DNA from: Octopus bimaculoides
Lineage: Eukaryota
DNA length: 51,209 nt
NCBI RefSeq assembly: GCF_001194135.2
Contig: NC_068989.1
Location: forward strand, 89,261,023-89,312,231
Direction of reading: 5' to 3'
Shown: positions 1-12,330 of the stretch, in pieces
Numbering within the stretch: the first letter of the stretch is position 1
Layout of the letters: each line of letters opens with the position of its first letter
Notes under the pieces: model-generated
The model's database searches: none
What the model saw: only the letters and a program-made list of their open reading frames with translations
Told to the model about the DNA's origin: nothing
Program-made: the position numbers and the translations under genes

Positions 1-330
1 AACAGAGCGTCCATATCTCTCTGATGTTGTTGCATTTGCTTGTCCATTTGTTCCCTAAACAATTTAATAAGTTCTACTGTCTGTTTTTCAGCCATTGTTA
101 TTACGATGAATAATTTTACGGTAAAGTAAGCATGTATCCTACCGGCGACGCCAATAAACTCTGTTATGTTTCCCTCGGGTGACTCGCAGAGATAACACAA
201 CGAGTTATACAATTTAATTATTACATTTATTGTTCAATTACATACAAAGAACGCACTCACCCAATGTTCGTTATGAATAAACAAAAGTCATGTCCGCCAT
301 ATATATATCAATGACATTTTACTACGACAG

Positions 331-505
331 TGGGGGTAGTCGATTACATCGACCCCAGTATTTGACTGCTGCCTATTTCATCGACCCCCGAAAAGACGAA
401 AGTCAAAGTCGACCCCAGCGGAATTTAGACTCAGAAAGTAAAGCCGGACGAAATGCCGATAAGCATTGCATCCGGTGTGCTAACAGTTCTGTCATCTCGT
501 CACCT
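331..505 (-). mobile_element. tRNA-derived SINE family A
   Basis: B-box GAGTTCAAATTCC-like head and central GCCTTTCATCCTTTCGGGGTCGATAAAATAAGTACCAG-like domain (from memory resembles the Nin-type SINE core); more than 20 copies in the window. Confidence 0.8.
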
Positions 506-938
506 GCAACCCCTTTTTAAACGATAAAATAAAATAAAGGATTTCCTTCTTATTCGTCTTTTTCTTGCTTTTGTATTTGGCCTACAAGATTCTTGATACC
601 AATTATTGTGTGGAAACAGCTTTTGTTGTATCTTGGGAGGGTCATTATATTAGTAATGAACACACGCACAGGTTCTATTTCACTTCTTTATTTTTATTTG
701 TCAATTGGTCAACTATTTAACAAATTAAGTAATCGATTGTTTGATTAATCGTTCGGTCAATAAATCAACCTGCTAGGTTCGTCAAAGTCCTTTCGTTGTC
801 ATTGGCAACCTCATCAAAGTTATGCCCTATCTACTCCAGGTCTGCTTCTGGGTCTGTCTGCTTTGAGATCTCATCATTGAATGACAATGCCCTCACCTCT
901 TCAGTTTTACTTGAGACAGACCCGAAGAGGACCTGGAG

Positions 939-1645
939 TAAAGTAACTGCAGAATATGTGGAAATGGACAAGATACAATAAACCATATTGTCTCTGGCTG
1001 TCCAATCTTGGCTAAGAAGGAATATATTCACAGACACAACAGAGTTGGGACCCATATACACTGGAAGCTATGCCAACACTATGGAATAACAACAGAAAAA
1101 AATGGTACAGGCACACGCCAGAAAAGGTCACAGAAAATGAGAAAGCAACCATACTATGAGATATGCCAATACACACAGATAGAGAAATTAAGGCCAATAG
1201 GCCGGATATAGTTGTCAGAGATCACCAAGAAAAAAAAAGCTTTCTAATCGATGTATCAATACTAACAGATAACAAAGTTTTTCTAAAAGAAATGGAAAAA
1301 CTTCCAAAATGCAAAGACCTGGAAATCGAGGTAACTCGAATGTGGAGTCTAAAAGCAGAAACAATTCCTATCATAGTAGGCGCATTAGGTATTATAGAAA
1401 AATATTCAGATAAATACATAACAAAAACACGAGGACTAACAAGTATATATAACTTACAGAAAATTGCACTACTCGGCACCGCACACATCCTACGTAAAAC
1501 ACTTTCAATACAGTAACAATAAGAGCATCACAACAAACCAGAACACATACCCAAGGCACACAGAGCTGCGCTCGGTAGTGCAGTGAAAGCACGTGATAAA
1601 AATAAGGCTACTGAATAATAATGATAATAACAGCAATAATAATAA
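939..1645 (+). mobile_element. 5'-truncated RLE-type non-LTR retrotransposon (R4/Dong-like), 3' end
   Basis: CRICG...HIVSGC CCHC knuckle; RPDIV..LIDVS..K restriction-like endonuclease motif; ends LLGTAHILRKTLS*. One frameshift near 1090 and a W-to-TGA stop. Short 3' UTR ending in (TAA)n. Confidence 0.85.
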
Positions 1646-1890
1646 TCCTTTCTATTACAAGGCCTGAAATCGGGTGGGGGACTCTCGTACTCAACTGGTA
1701 CTTGTTTTGAGATTTTACTAATCTCTTTTGAATAACAGTTCAAGGGACACAACTCTGTACGATTATACTAATTGTTTCAATAGAAATACTTGATATATTT
1801 CGGAGCTGCAGTTTTGTGTGTGTGTGTGTGTGTGTGTAACCATTAATCCCGACATGTTTATTTTCCCTCTCCGTTTATCTTCCTCTTATC

Positions 1891-1927
1891 CCGTTCTGTC
1901 GAAGAGGGCAGGGTCGAAACGTTAAAG
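1891..1927 (+). ncRNA. Degenerate minimal hammerhead-like motif, copy 1
   Basis: CTGTCGAA-GAGG-GCAG-GGTC-GAAACGTT-AAAG; core position 6 is T rather than A and stem II is partly broken. Confidence 0.3.
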
Positions 1928-1980
1928 TCTTTTCCATTTTTTCCCCCATCTTTCCCGTTTTCCCCGAGAAAACCGCCACG

Positions 1981-2262
1981 CAAAGCTACAATGGGCTGGT
2001 CATATCGCGAGGTTTCGCAGACAATCGGTGGACCCGTGCAGTTGTCGAGTGGTACCCGCGCGAGCGGAAAAGACCACTCGGAAGACCTCCAATCAGGTGG
2101 GAAGATGATTTAAGAAAGATGTTTGGAACAACGTGGAGGAGACTGGCGAGAGAACGAGGGAGGATGGACCGATTGGTGTGGCCAACGGAGCCGACACGGC
2201 ACGACACGGCATGACGCGGCACCACACAGCCTGCTCGGTCCAAGTGATCTCAATGATATAAT
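1981..2262 (+). mobile_element. RTE-clade LINE 3' fragment
   Basis: KLQWAGHIARF / ADNRWTRAVVEWYPRERKRPLGRPPIRWEDDL with one frameshift, followed by a simple-repeat tail. Confidence 0.85.
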
Positions 2263-2670
2263 GTATGTATGTATATATGGATGGATGGATGGATGGATGG
2301 ATGGATGACGCCAGCTTAATTTAATTCGTCCTTAGTCGAAAGACATCTGTTGTTATGTCCTGTTATTATTTTTATTGTATTTGTGTAACATTGTTCGTTT
2401 TTTCCTCTCCGTCCTTGTTTTTGTATACATTCGCTGCTTTCTTTCAAGGAATCTAATGCTCTTAGCTTAGTTTTTCCTTGGGGCTGGTCAGATTGGAGCA
2501 ATCTCGAGTATAACCAGCCGAAATTACAAAGATAATCTGGAACTCGACCGAGGAAAGAAAACTCCGAATGAGTCCTTGTTTTCTTTGTATCGTCTATCTG
2601 GATGTTTTGTCCCTTTCTTGTATCACCTAACTGTCTGGATGTTTTGCGTTCTTGTACCATTTTGTATTTT

Positions 2671-2729
<59 letters not shown>

Positions 2730-3349
2730 CATATATATATACATATATCATGTTAACAGGTATTTGACTGCGGCCATGCCGAAGCACCGCCTTCAAGGGT
2801 TTCAATCGAATGAATCGACCCTAATACTTAGTTTTTTGTTAAACCTGGTACTTAGTCTATTGGTTGCTTTTGCCGAATCGCTAAGTTACAGGAACATAAA
2901 CAAACCACCATAGGTTGTCAATCGGTCATGAGGACAAACAACACAATGACACACATGCGATGGGTTTCGTTTAATTTCAATCTACCAAATCGACTCAAGG
3001 CTTTTGTCGGCTTGATTCTAAAGTAGAAAACACTTGTCCAAGGTGCCGTGCAATGGGATAGAACCCGAATCTGTGTGATTGGGAAGTAAACTATTTAAGT
3101 CGGTAGTGTGTTATTAGAGAGACGTTTGGCTTCTGTTTCTAGCAAGCTGATTGACTGGTTGAGATTTCCCGCTGTTGGTACTCTTCTCCCTCGCATCCAA
3201 TGTAAACTGAATTTCGCGTTGGCTGACATTTCGTGACTAGCAAGGGAAATAACTCTTTTGGATTGATGTAGCAGCAAAAATACGTAAACTTCAATTGTAA
3301 AGAAATTGCCTTTATATTCAAACAACAACAACAACGACAATAAACCTTT

Positions 3350-3748
3350 TTCAGTTTTGTCACAAGGCCAACAATTTGAGGAAGGGGTAATCGATTACAT
3401 CGACCCCAGTACTTGAATGCTACCTATCTTATCGAGTCCGAAGAACGAAAGAGAATGTCGACTTCGGCGGAATTTGAACTCGAAACGTGAAGACGGAAGA
3501 AATGCCTCTAAGCATTTTTTCCGGCGCGGTGACGTTTCTTATTTCTTTATTGCCCACAAGGATCTACACACAGAGGGGACAAACAAGGACAGAAAAAGGG
3601 ATTAAATCGATTACAACAACTCCAGTGCGTAACTGGTACTTATTTAATCGACCCCGAAAGGATGAAAGGCAAAGTCGACCTCGGCGGAATTTGAACTCAG
3701 AACGTAGCGGCAGACGAAATACCGCAATGCATTTCGCCCGGCGCGCTA
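3350..3748 (-). mobile_element. Two adjacent SINE-A copies with different 3' tails
   Basis: 3350-3538 has the ccttgtg.caaaa tail; 3540-3748 has the ...tgtgggcaataaagaaataaga tail (same subtype at about 4585-4742). Confidence 0.8.
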
Positions 3749-3849
3749 AGTGTATTTTAAGGAAAGTAGTGGGCAATAAATCCATCCTTTGCTTGCAAGG
3801 GAGATTATTCATTAAGATTATGCAAAAGTTACGTAGGAAAATTTTATAA

Positions 3850-4328
3850 CCGTATTTGATAGCATCTTAGACGGAAATTTCAGCAGTAGATATTCAGAAG
3901 AGAAGTTTCTAGTGTACTAAAGCTTGATGGAGATATCTCTTTGCGGTCTTAATGTTTGTTTTCTAGGTTAGTTTTTAACCACTAGCGACATTTACTTTCA
4001 GTTATGCCCCTTCCTCTGTGAATTCCAGTTCAATATTTGTAGGAGAGTGTTTAAGCATATTTAGACGTGATGAATTAGCTTGTAGTGGTGAATCTCGCCG
4101 GTCCATTGTTATGATAATTTCTTTTACGTTAGAAGTAATAATAATGTTTAAGTAAATATCATTATAATGGATCCAGGCTATGGAGTCTGGATTAAGATTA
4201 GTCTTTAGTAGTGAGTGTCAGGGACCAAATTAGCTCATGAGAGGCCCAACTTCGCATATTGGACCCAGGGTGACATTTTTGAGACGTGTTTTGAAATAAA
4301 AGTGCGTCTTATATGCCATCAAATCTGG
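3850..4328. mobile_element. pogo/Tigger-like (Tc1-mariner) MITE
   Basis: About 27-bp TIRs: accgtatttgatagcatcttagacgga versus the reverse complement accagatttgatggcatataagacgca (21/27 identical); TA at the ends. Confidence 0.55.
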
Positions 4329-6294
4329 TAGGTATTTAGTATGTAATGGCAAGTGGCAAAGTGTAAATAGGAAAAGCTATCGAGTGAGGTTTGACTCCAA
4401 CCATTACGGGTTCCATGATAGAAATCTAAATGTTGGTGTCAAATTTTCGCACAAAACCAATTTAGGGGTTGGGTGAACCGTTTTAAGAAAAAGAGAGGAG
4501 GACATTAGGTGTACTGCTGGTGAATTTCAGGAAGTACGGACGTTTTGAAGGATGCAATGTCTCGACAGCTAACAGCTGATGCGGGTAGTTTCTTATTTCT
4601 TTATTGCCCACAAGGGGCTAAACATAGAGGGGACAAACAAAGTCAATCTCGGTGGAATTTGAACGTAGAACGTAAAGAGTTTGAAGAAATGCTGCTAAGC
4701 ACTTTGCTCGACGCGCTAACGATTCTGCCATCGCGCTGTCTTTGAGAGAATAAAGTAACAATAATGATGATTTAGACGCAAATCCAGCAATTTTGATGGG
4801 GAGGGAAATTAGACAATGTTTTCGACCCCATTTCTTACTGGTACCATATCTTATTAACTGCAAAGCGTTGTGACGTAGCTAGATTGTGTCACTTGGGTCA
4901 ACCTTCAGTTTTCCCCTCCCCTCGATCTGCTTATCGAGCAGACCCAGAAGTGCCCCCCACCAATAAAAGCGTCGTCTGGGGGCGGACCCCCGTCTTATCC
5001 CACTCTCTCAGCTACGTTTATTACCCGAGGGATGAAAGACAAAGTAGACAATGGTGAGATTTGAACCGAGGAAGTAAATAACCAAAAGAAATACTGCAAA
5101 ACATTTTTTCGATGCTTTAACGATTTTACCAAAGTTTCACAAATCCAGAGCGGATTGGTTGGACTGTAAGAATGCCGGACCGAACGCCCTACGACATTTG
5201 TTCCGGCTCTTTACGTTCTGAGTTTAAATTCTGCCACTGCGTACTCGGGTGATGAACCAAGTGACCAATTAGAGTCGTCGATAGAGCTTTGTCTCTTGTT
5301 CTTTCGGCGTCAATAAAAGAGCATCAACTCACCGGTGTAGGTTCACAGAACTGTTAGAATATCAGACCGGGTGTCTTGTGATATTTGTTCCCGTCGTTTG
5401 GGTTATGAGATCAAATCCTGCCGTGGCATACTTCAGTGGTAGATTTAATCCATGGTTTGCTTCAAGTCCACACAACTTAACAGCCCGGCAAAAGAGACCA
5501 AGCTTTTAAAAGAAATTAAGGACTAGCGTCGATTGATTCGAGCAAAACCTTTCAAGGCAGTGCCCTAGTATGGCCGCAATTCAGTCACTGAAAGTCATTT
5601 ATCGCATTCTTTTGCCGAACTGCTAGATTATGGGGACATAAACAAACTAACACCAGTTGTCAAATTAGGGGCAAGGGACAAACATAAACACGGAGTTACC
5701 ATCAACCAAATTCACTAACAAGGCGTCAGTCCACCCAAGGGCTATAAGAAGATACTTGCCAAAATGCGGCGCAGCGGAATTGAACTCGACACTACGTGGT
5801 TGCAAAGCGAACTTCTTAACCACACAGCCATGCCTGCGACTAAACCACATTAATTAAAAATATTTTAATACATTCATCAAGCCAAATAATTACAGGTGCT
5901 TTAAATAACGTTATGGTATGTTCCACGTGGTACCTTTACCTGCCAGATCGCTGCCTCTCATGTGAGGCACCACAGAGGCTATCCATATGCGCTGTGGATT
6001 TCTAAAAATATAGTTTAAGGCCTTATGAAGGCATGCTGATTCGCTGTTTGTGAAGTTGTGGGTTTACTTCTTGAACCAGCTAGCGACTGGTGTCCTTCAG
6101 GAAGGTACTTCATTCACATTGCTCCAGTCTACCCTACTATGGTGAGTACCAGCTAGTTTCATCAATCCCTTTTCTCTCTCTCACCAACTGTCACATCCAG
6201 TTTATTACCCTATGTCATGGATGAGAGGGCCAAGAGAATCTCTATATCTGCTCGCGCTAAGCACTACTTCTCTCAAATTATGGACGACTAAAAA

Positions 6295-6520
6295 AGTTGG
6301 CGAGCTGACAGAATTGTTAGCACGTCCGGCAAAATGCGTAGCGTCATTTTTTTCTGGCTTCACGTTTTGAGTTCAAATTCCGTCTTCGTTGACTTTATCA
6401 TTCATCCTTTCGAGGTCTATAAAATAAGTACCACCCAGTTGAGTACTAGAGTCGATGTAATCCGCTAGCTGCATCCCCCAATACTTCAGACCTTTGTACA
6501 TATGGTAGAAAAACGAAATT
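6295..6520 (+). mobile_element. SINE-A, near full length
   Basis: ggcgagctgacagaattgttagcac...gagttcaaattcc...catcctttcgagg...gtcgatgtaatc; other copies at about 9325-9525 (-), 9555-9735 (+), 13810-13960 (-), 14130-14290 (-), 32205-32415 (+), 40850-41070 (-). Confidence 0.8.
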
Positions 6521-7938
6521 ATGAATGATCCACCATCTCGTCTGCTTGTCTCGTGTCCAGTCACTCACAATTGTCTTTTTATCTATCTCTTCTATGGCTT
6601 GCTACCTTATCTCGCAACACGCAAGCTTATTTTATTCTACTACGAATTCTCTTAACCTATTTTTGCAATACAACTTCAATCGTTTCTTTCGAATCTGATA
6701 TGCTTTCTTCTGTTTGCACACCATAAAAGAAAACAAAATACGAGTGAATAAGAACGAGTTAACTGAAATCTGATTGTTGAAGACGAAGCAGGACACGTCA
6801 CAACTAAATAAAATAGTGATATCGGATCCTTATTTATTTATGTAAAATAGAATGGTCTAGTTTTTAACTTGGCATTAATAATATTTATGTTTAGCTTGTT
6901 TAAATAAAAGCAACAGGTCAGCATAAAGTTTGTACGGTTTATATTAGCAGACAGGTCGGAGTAAACACACTCACACACACACGAGGTGACTGTCTGACAA
7001 ATTTGCGTGTTTCTCCGTTTCTTTTGTTCTGAGACCAACGGACTTACAATAACTTTTTAAAGCCCACAAATGACTTGCATTTCTGCTGCAGATGTGGCAT
7101 TCATATTCATATGTTGTAATTGGGCGCTCATTCTGTGCAGCTCCTCAACTCTGTACTTCTATGTGCCTTGTGAGTTCAAATCAGATGGAAAATTCCTGAC
7201 AACATAGACCGCAAAATGAATTAGCTTCGGGAAATTGGAGTCTATTCGACTTCTGACCTTTCAGCGTTATGCGTAGGTGTGAGGACGCACACACACACAC
7301 ATACAATGGTCTCTCTCAATCTGAACTTGTTCTACACAGCGAATGGTACAATTACCAAACTATTGTTGAAAATATATCAGACAAAGATACTGTGAATAAA
7401 GGATACAGTAACTACATAATATACTAGAGATCAAAAGATACGACAGCCAGAGCTATCGTCTTTCAAGACGATATCTCGCTATGCATTTTCAGTACCGGTA
7501 CTGATATCAAGGTTTGAGATATTCGACTGATCTATAGAGCAAATCTGCTCTATAGACATTAAGACCCGCGAGACTCCGACATTGACAGCAAATTTCCACT
7601 GAAATGGTGATATTGACAGATTTTATCTCAGGAGAGGGAGAAAGTATACAGAGGCTTCGAGTGCCGTGTGATTCGCTCAGACAGCACTTTCTAAACAAAG
7701 GCAGCATATATATCTATATATATATATACTAGAAGAAATACCCGGCGTTGCCCGGGTTAAAGAGAATAATGAAATCTAAAAACGCCGTCTAGACTACGCA
7801 TCATCTTTATATATAGAGATGTATATACACACACGCACCCAAACACACGTATATATATGTATATCAATATAAATATATGAAAGTCAATGAAGTTTCGTAA
7901 AGGAAGGTGATCATGTACATACTTTCTTGCTGTTGTGA

Positions 7939-8038
7939 TTATAACACCTCGTTGTAAACTATGTTCCTTGTTTTCCCTTGTGGAGCATATACAAATAGGT
8001 TTTTTGTTGCTGCCCACTCTTGAGCAGCCAACATACAG
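7939..8038 (-). pseudogene. Helitron Rep-Helicase C-terminal remnant
   Basis: LYVGCSRVGSNK / NLFVYAPQGKTRNIVYNEVL* with a +1 frameshift in an A-run; matches the LYVxxSRV...GxTxNIVYxEVL end of Helitron Pif1 helicases. Confidence 0.85.
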
Positions 8039-8774
8039 NNNNNNNNNNNNNNNNNNNNNNNNNNNNNNNNNNNNNNNNNNNNNNNNNNNNNNNNNNNNNN
8101 NNNNNNNNNNNNNNNNNNNNNNNNNNNNNNNNNNNNNNNNNNNNNNNNNNNNNNNNNNNNNNNNNNNNNNNNNNNNNNNNNNNNNNNNNNNNNNNNNNNN
8201 NNNNNNNNNNNNNNNNNNNNNNNNNNNNNNNNNNNNNNNNNNNNNNNNNNNNNNNNNNNNNNNNNNNNNNNNNNNNNNNNNNNNNNNNNNNNNNNNNNNN
8301 NNNNNNNNNNNNNNNNNNNNNNNNNNNNNNNNNNNNNNNNNNNNNNNNNNNNNNNNNNNNNNNNNNNNNNNNNNNNNNNNNNNNNNNNNNNNNNNNNNNN
8401 NNNNNNNNNNNNNNNNNNNNNNNNNNNNNNNNNNNNNNNNNNNNNNNNNNNNNNNNNNNNNNNNNNNNNNNNNNNNNNNNNNNNNNNNNNNNNNNNNNNN
8501 NNNNNNNNNNNNNNNNNNNNNNNNNNNNNNNNNNNNNNNNNNNNNNNNNNNNNNNNNNNNNNNNNNNNNNNNNNNNNNNNNNNNNNNNNNNNNNNNNNNN
8601 NNNNNNNNNNNNNNNNNNNNNNNNNNNNNNNNNNNNNNNNNNNNNNNNNNNNNNNNNNNNNNNNNNNNNNNNNNNNNNNNNNNNNNNNNNNNNNNNNNNN
8701 NNNNNNNNNNNNNNNNNNNNNNNNNNNNNNNNNNNNNNNNNNNNNNNNNNNNNNNNNNNNNNNNNNNNNNNNNN
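8039..8774. other. Assembly gap (others at 11207-11492, 20965-21081, 21841-21850, 48738-49341)
   Basis: Runs of N; four of the five gaps abut microsatellites. Confidence 0.99.
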
Positions 8775-10044
8775 TGTATACATATACATCTCTCTCTCTC
8801 TCTGTGAAAGCATCTGTCACTACAGTATCGAAATGTGATTGTTTCAGTTAGTGGAATAGTTTCATTTTTAAAGTGAAAGTATTTGACATGAGTGTTTTTG
8901 TTTCACTTTTGACACGTAATACTTAAATAGTGGAGGAGATATTATGTTGCCGTGTGCTCGAACTCTGCAAGAAGTTAATAATTTTTTTTGACTAAAACAC
9001 AACTGGAACCCCTAAGTAAGGCATGTGTAAAATTTGAATGAAATTGGTTGCGTAGTTCTCGAGTTTTAGGGATTCACACAGACAGACAGACACACATTCT
9101 CATTTTTATATATATAGATATACACCAAGCTCCCAGAAACGAAGCGGATAACATCCTGTAGGTCGGTAATAATCTCCCAAAGAAACATTTCCTGATGACT
9201 TCACGTACGAAGCCAGGACTAGCTTCTCTCAGCAACAATCGTACTCAAGAAGAGAAACACTGCATTCTACAAAAACGTTGTTCATGGGTATTCTTCCTGC
9301 AACCTGCAAGAAGACGATAATATTAGTTTCAAATTTTTGGCACGAGGCCAGCAATTTCGGGAGAGTGTGTAAGTCGATTACATTGATCCCAATGTTCAAG
9401 TGATACTTGTTTATTGACCCCGAAAGTCGACTTCGGTGGAATTTGAACTCAGAACGTAAAGACGTTCGAAATGCTGCTAAATATTTTTTCCAGAATGCTA
9501 ACGATTCTGCCTGCTCGCTGCCTTAAAAAGAGAATGATAATATTAACATGGATGGTAATGTAAGGCGGCTACATGGAAGAATTGTTAAGACGCCAGACGA
9601 AAAGCTTAGCGGCGTTTCGTCCGTTTTTACGTTATGAGTTCAAATTACGCAGGGGTTGAACTTAGCCTTTCAGAGTCGGTGGAATAAAGAATCAGTTGAA
9701 TGCTGGGGGTCGATATAACGGACTTGCCCCTTAATGGTAATGGAATTGGTCAATCACATAATGGTGATAATGATGGAATTTGGAATATATGTCAATGGGT
9801 CACCAGTCAAGTATTCTCCTGTTAAATCTCTACTGCCCTACCATTCTTCAACCTATTTATTTCACCTTTTTATAATTATTTTTTGCTATATTTTTATATA
9901 GGACAATATTAATGGGTAAGCAAGTAGTTTAAAGGGAGAGCTGCAGTGAGAGAGATGACGGATGGATGGAGGCCATAGTCTAATGACTGAAATAAGTAAA
10001 GAATAAAAGATTTAAAAAATAGATCATGGCAGGGAGATAAGAGT

Positions 10045-10760
10045 TTATTCAAATTAGCTGCCCTCAGTTTCCACCCTAGCCTCAAGATGGCCCCAGAACC
10101 TGGTTCATGCATTCCTCACTGTGTCCCTTGGAAGATCTTGAAACACTTCCTTGATCTTGGTCACTAGTTTGGCCTTGGTGTTGCAGCCAGAGTGGTTGGT
10201 GCCTTTGTCAACTGCACCCCACCCACAGTAATCCATGGGATTACAATCAGGGGGATTAGGAGTCTAGAAATTAGGGATAGCAAAGTTGTAGACATTTTCT
10301 GACAACCGCTTCTCTTTCTAGAGGTATGGCAAGGAGCCAAATCCTTCTGTTACACATATGGCCTTCCAGCAATAACCTTTTCCAGTCAAGGAGTGACCAC
10401 AGTCCTCAGCAGTTTCACATAGCTGTCTAAATTGAGGCTAAGGACCTGTTCAAAGATGTGGGGTGGCATAACATCATATTCATTGGAGACACACCAAAGA
10501 CCATCACAGATTGGCGGGGAACTTGGTTTTCATGATGCATCATAGCCTTTACAGTATTCACAGAACATTGAGCAGCAGTCATGATGCTGGCATTTTGATA
10601 CCTGGCATGAATCACCATGATACAGGTAACTCTTTTCCAATATTCAGATGGCTTCCAGTCTTCCATGTCAGATAACTTTTTCTCAACTTCAACTTTAATT
10701 TTTGTGCTCTCTAACACTATTGAGTGTTCACAACACATCCTGAGAAAAGGGGACATAAAA
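10045..10760 (-). mobile_element. Internally deleted Tc1/mariner transposon, maT (DD37D-like)
   Basis: N-terminus MEDWKPSE... (ATG 10666) joined to KTKFP..MVFG..S....MPPHIFEQ, then QKDLAPCHTS and PPDCNPMDY..WG (third catalytic residue D); multiple stops and frameshifts. TIRs not resolved. Confidence 0.8.
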
Positions 10761-10898
10761 AGTCATCAAATGTAGTTTGTATATCCTGTTGTCATCATCA
10801 TCACCATCACCATCATCATCATTGTTATCGTTTAATGTCTGCCTTCCATGCTAGCATGGCCTGTATACATGCATATATAAATATGTATGCATGTGTGT

Positions 10899-11168
10899 GT
10901 AAGCACATCGCCAAGTGGTTAAGGTGTTGCTCTCATGATTGCTAGATCATGGGTTCAATTCCTGGACTGAGCAGTTCATTGTGTTCTTGAACGAAACACT
11001 TCATTTCCCATTGCTCCAGTCCACTCAGCTGTAAATGGGTCACCTCTGTGACAGAATATCCTTCCGATCAGGGGAATGTTGGATGGGTCACCTAGCCAGT
11101 GGGTTGGTACCATTCAAAAGCTAAAATGATACAAAGTGCATTGTGACCAGCAATGTATAACAAATTCT
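10899..11168 (+). mobile_element. tRNA-derived SINE family C
   Basis: tcgccaagtggttaagg...gggttcaattcctgg head; gctccagtccactcagctgtaaatggg core. Confidence 0.65.
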
Positions 11169-11660
11169 GTTACTCTGGTCAATCATGTAATATATATATA
11201 TATATANNNNNNNNNNNNNNNNNNNNNNNNNNNNNNNNNNNNNNNNNNNNNNNNNNNNNNNNNNNNNNNNNNNNNNNNNNNNNNNNNNNNNNNNNNNNNN
11301 NNNNNNNNNNNNNNNNNNNNNNNNNNNNNNNNNNNNNNNNNNNNNNNNNNNNNNNNNNNNNNNNNNNNNNNNNNNNNNNNNNNNNNNNNNNNNNNNNNNN
11401 NNNNNNNNNNNNNNNNNNNNNNNNNNNNNNNNNNNNNNNNNNNNNNNNNNNNNNNNNNNNNNNNNNNNNNNNNNNNNNNNNNNNNNNNNNNNCAGATGCC
11501 TCTATTTTTTTTACACACATTTTACAAAACAAAAACACATTTGTATATATATATATGTATATTATTATTTTTTTTATTATTAATCTGTTTTTAACATTTG
11601 CCAATAACAACGGTTAATATTTGAGAAATTGCAACAGAAATAAAAATAGATCAAAGAAGG

Positions 11661-11694
<34 letters not shown>

Positions 11695-11771
11695 ATATAT
11701 ATGTATATATGTAGAATGATTCTAAAAGTAGCCCAATTTCAATATAAAACAAGAAATATAGAATAAAACTT

Positions 11772-11808
<37 letters not shown>

Positions 11809-12283
11809 GTATATGTATATATATCATGTATTAAAGGGAGAAAAGTTACAATGAAAATGTAAAATGTAATAATAAAAAATGTTTTAGTTGCAAAACTAGA
11901 TACAAATAAGCAATAAAGTTTCATATCTTTAAATTGAAAATTTGAAGAAAACAGTAAGAATGAGAGGGGTAAGGAGAGACAGAGAGTATTGGGGTTATAC
12001 ATACATATACATACATGTCTCTGTGTGTGTGTGTATTTGTGGGATAATTTGAATAGAATAATGTATCAATTTTTTTAATGATTTGTTAAGCTTAAAGGTC
12101 TCAAATCCATCCCCAAAATATGATCCAATTCTGCCCCAACCAAACAGCAATGTTTAATGCTTATCCAGCAAGTCAGTTTGTTTTAGCACCAGTGAAGTTG
12201 TTGTGTAGCCTCAGGTCAATGCTACTGACTGAGCAAGCCAATGTTAACAGGTATTCCATTTGTCTTTTCATATATATACATAC

Positions 12284-12330
<47 letters not shown>

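Larger units (their letters stand above)
7729..9118 (-). mobile_element. Helitron with both termini, spanning an assembly gap
   Basis: 5' end A|TCTATATATAAAAATGAG at 9118; 3' hairpin CCCGGGCAACGCCGGG, 8 nt spacer, then CTAG|T at 7729; Pif1-helicase C-terminus at 8038-7939. Confidence 0.85.

Noticed and set aside
92-125. Isolated AG...GT-bounded plus-strand mini-exons (92-125, about 12190-12250, about 12875-12940)
   Set aside because: Plausible splice signals but no recognisable protein and no consistent exon chain
2316-2660. Repeat-like unique block between microsatellites
   Set aside because: Only one copy in the window, with no TIR, TSD or coding motif to classify it
7935-8838. 240-290 aa ORFs across N runs (also 11136-11617 and 48698-49489)
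   Set aside because: Artifacts of translating gaps; only the Helitron helicase tail next to 8038 is meaningful
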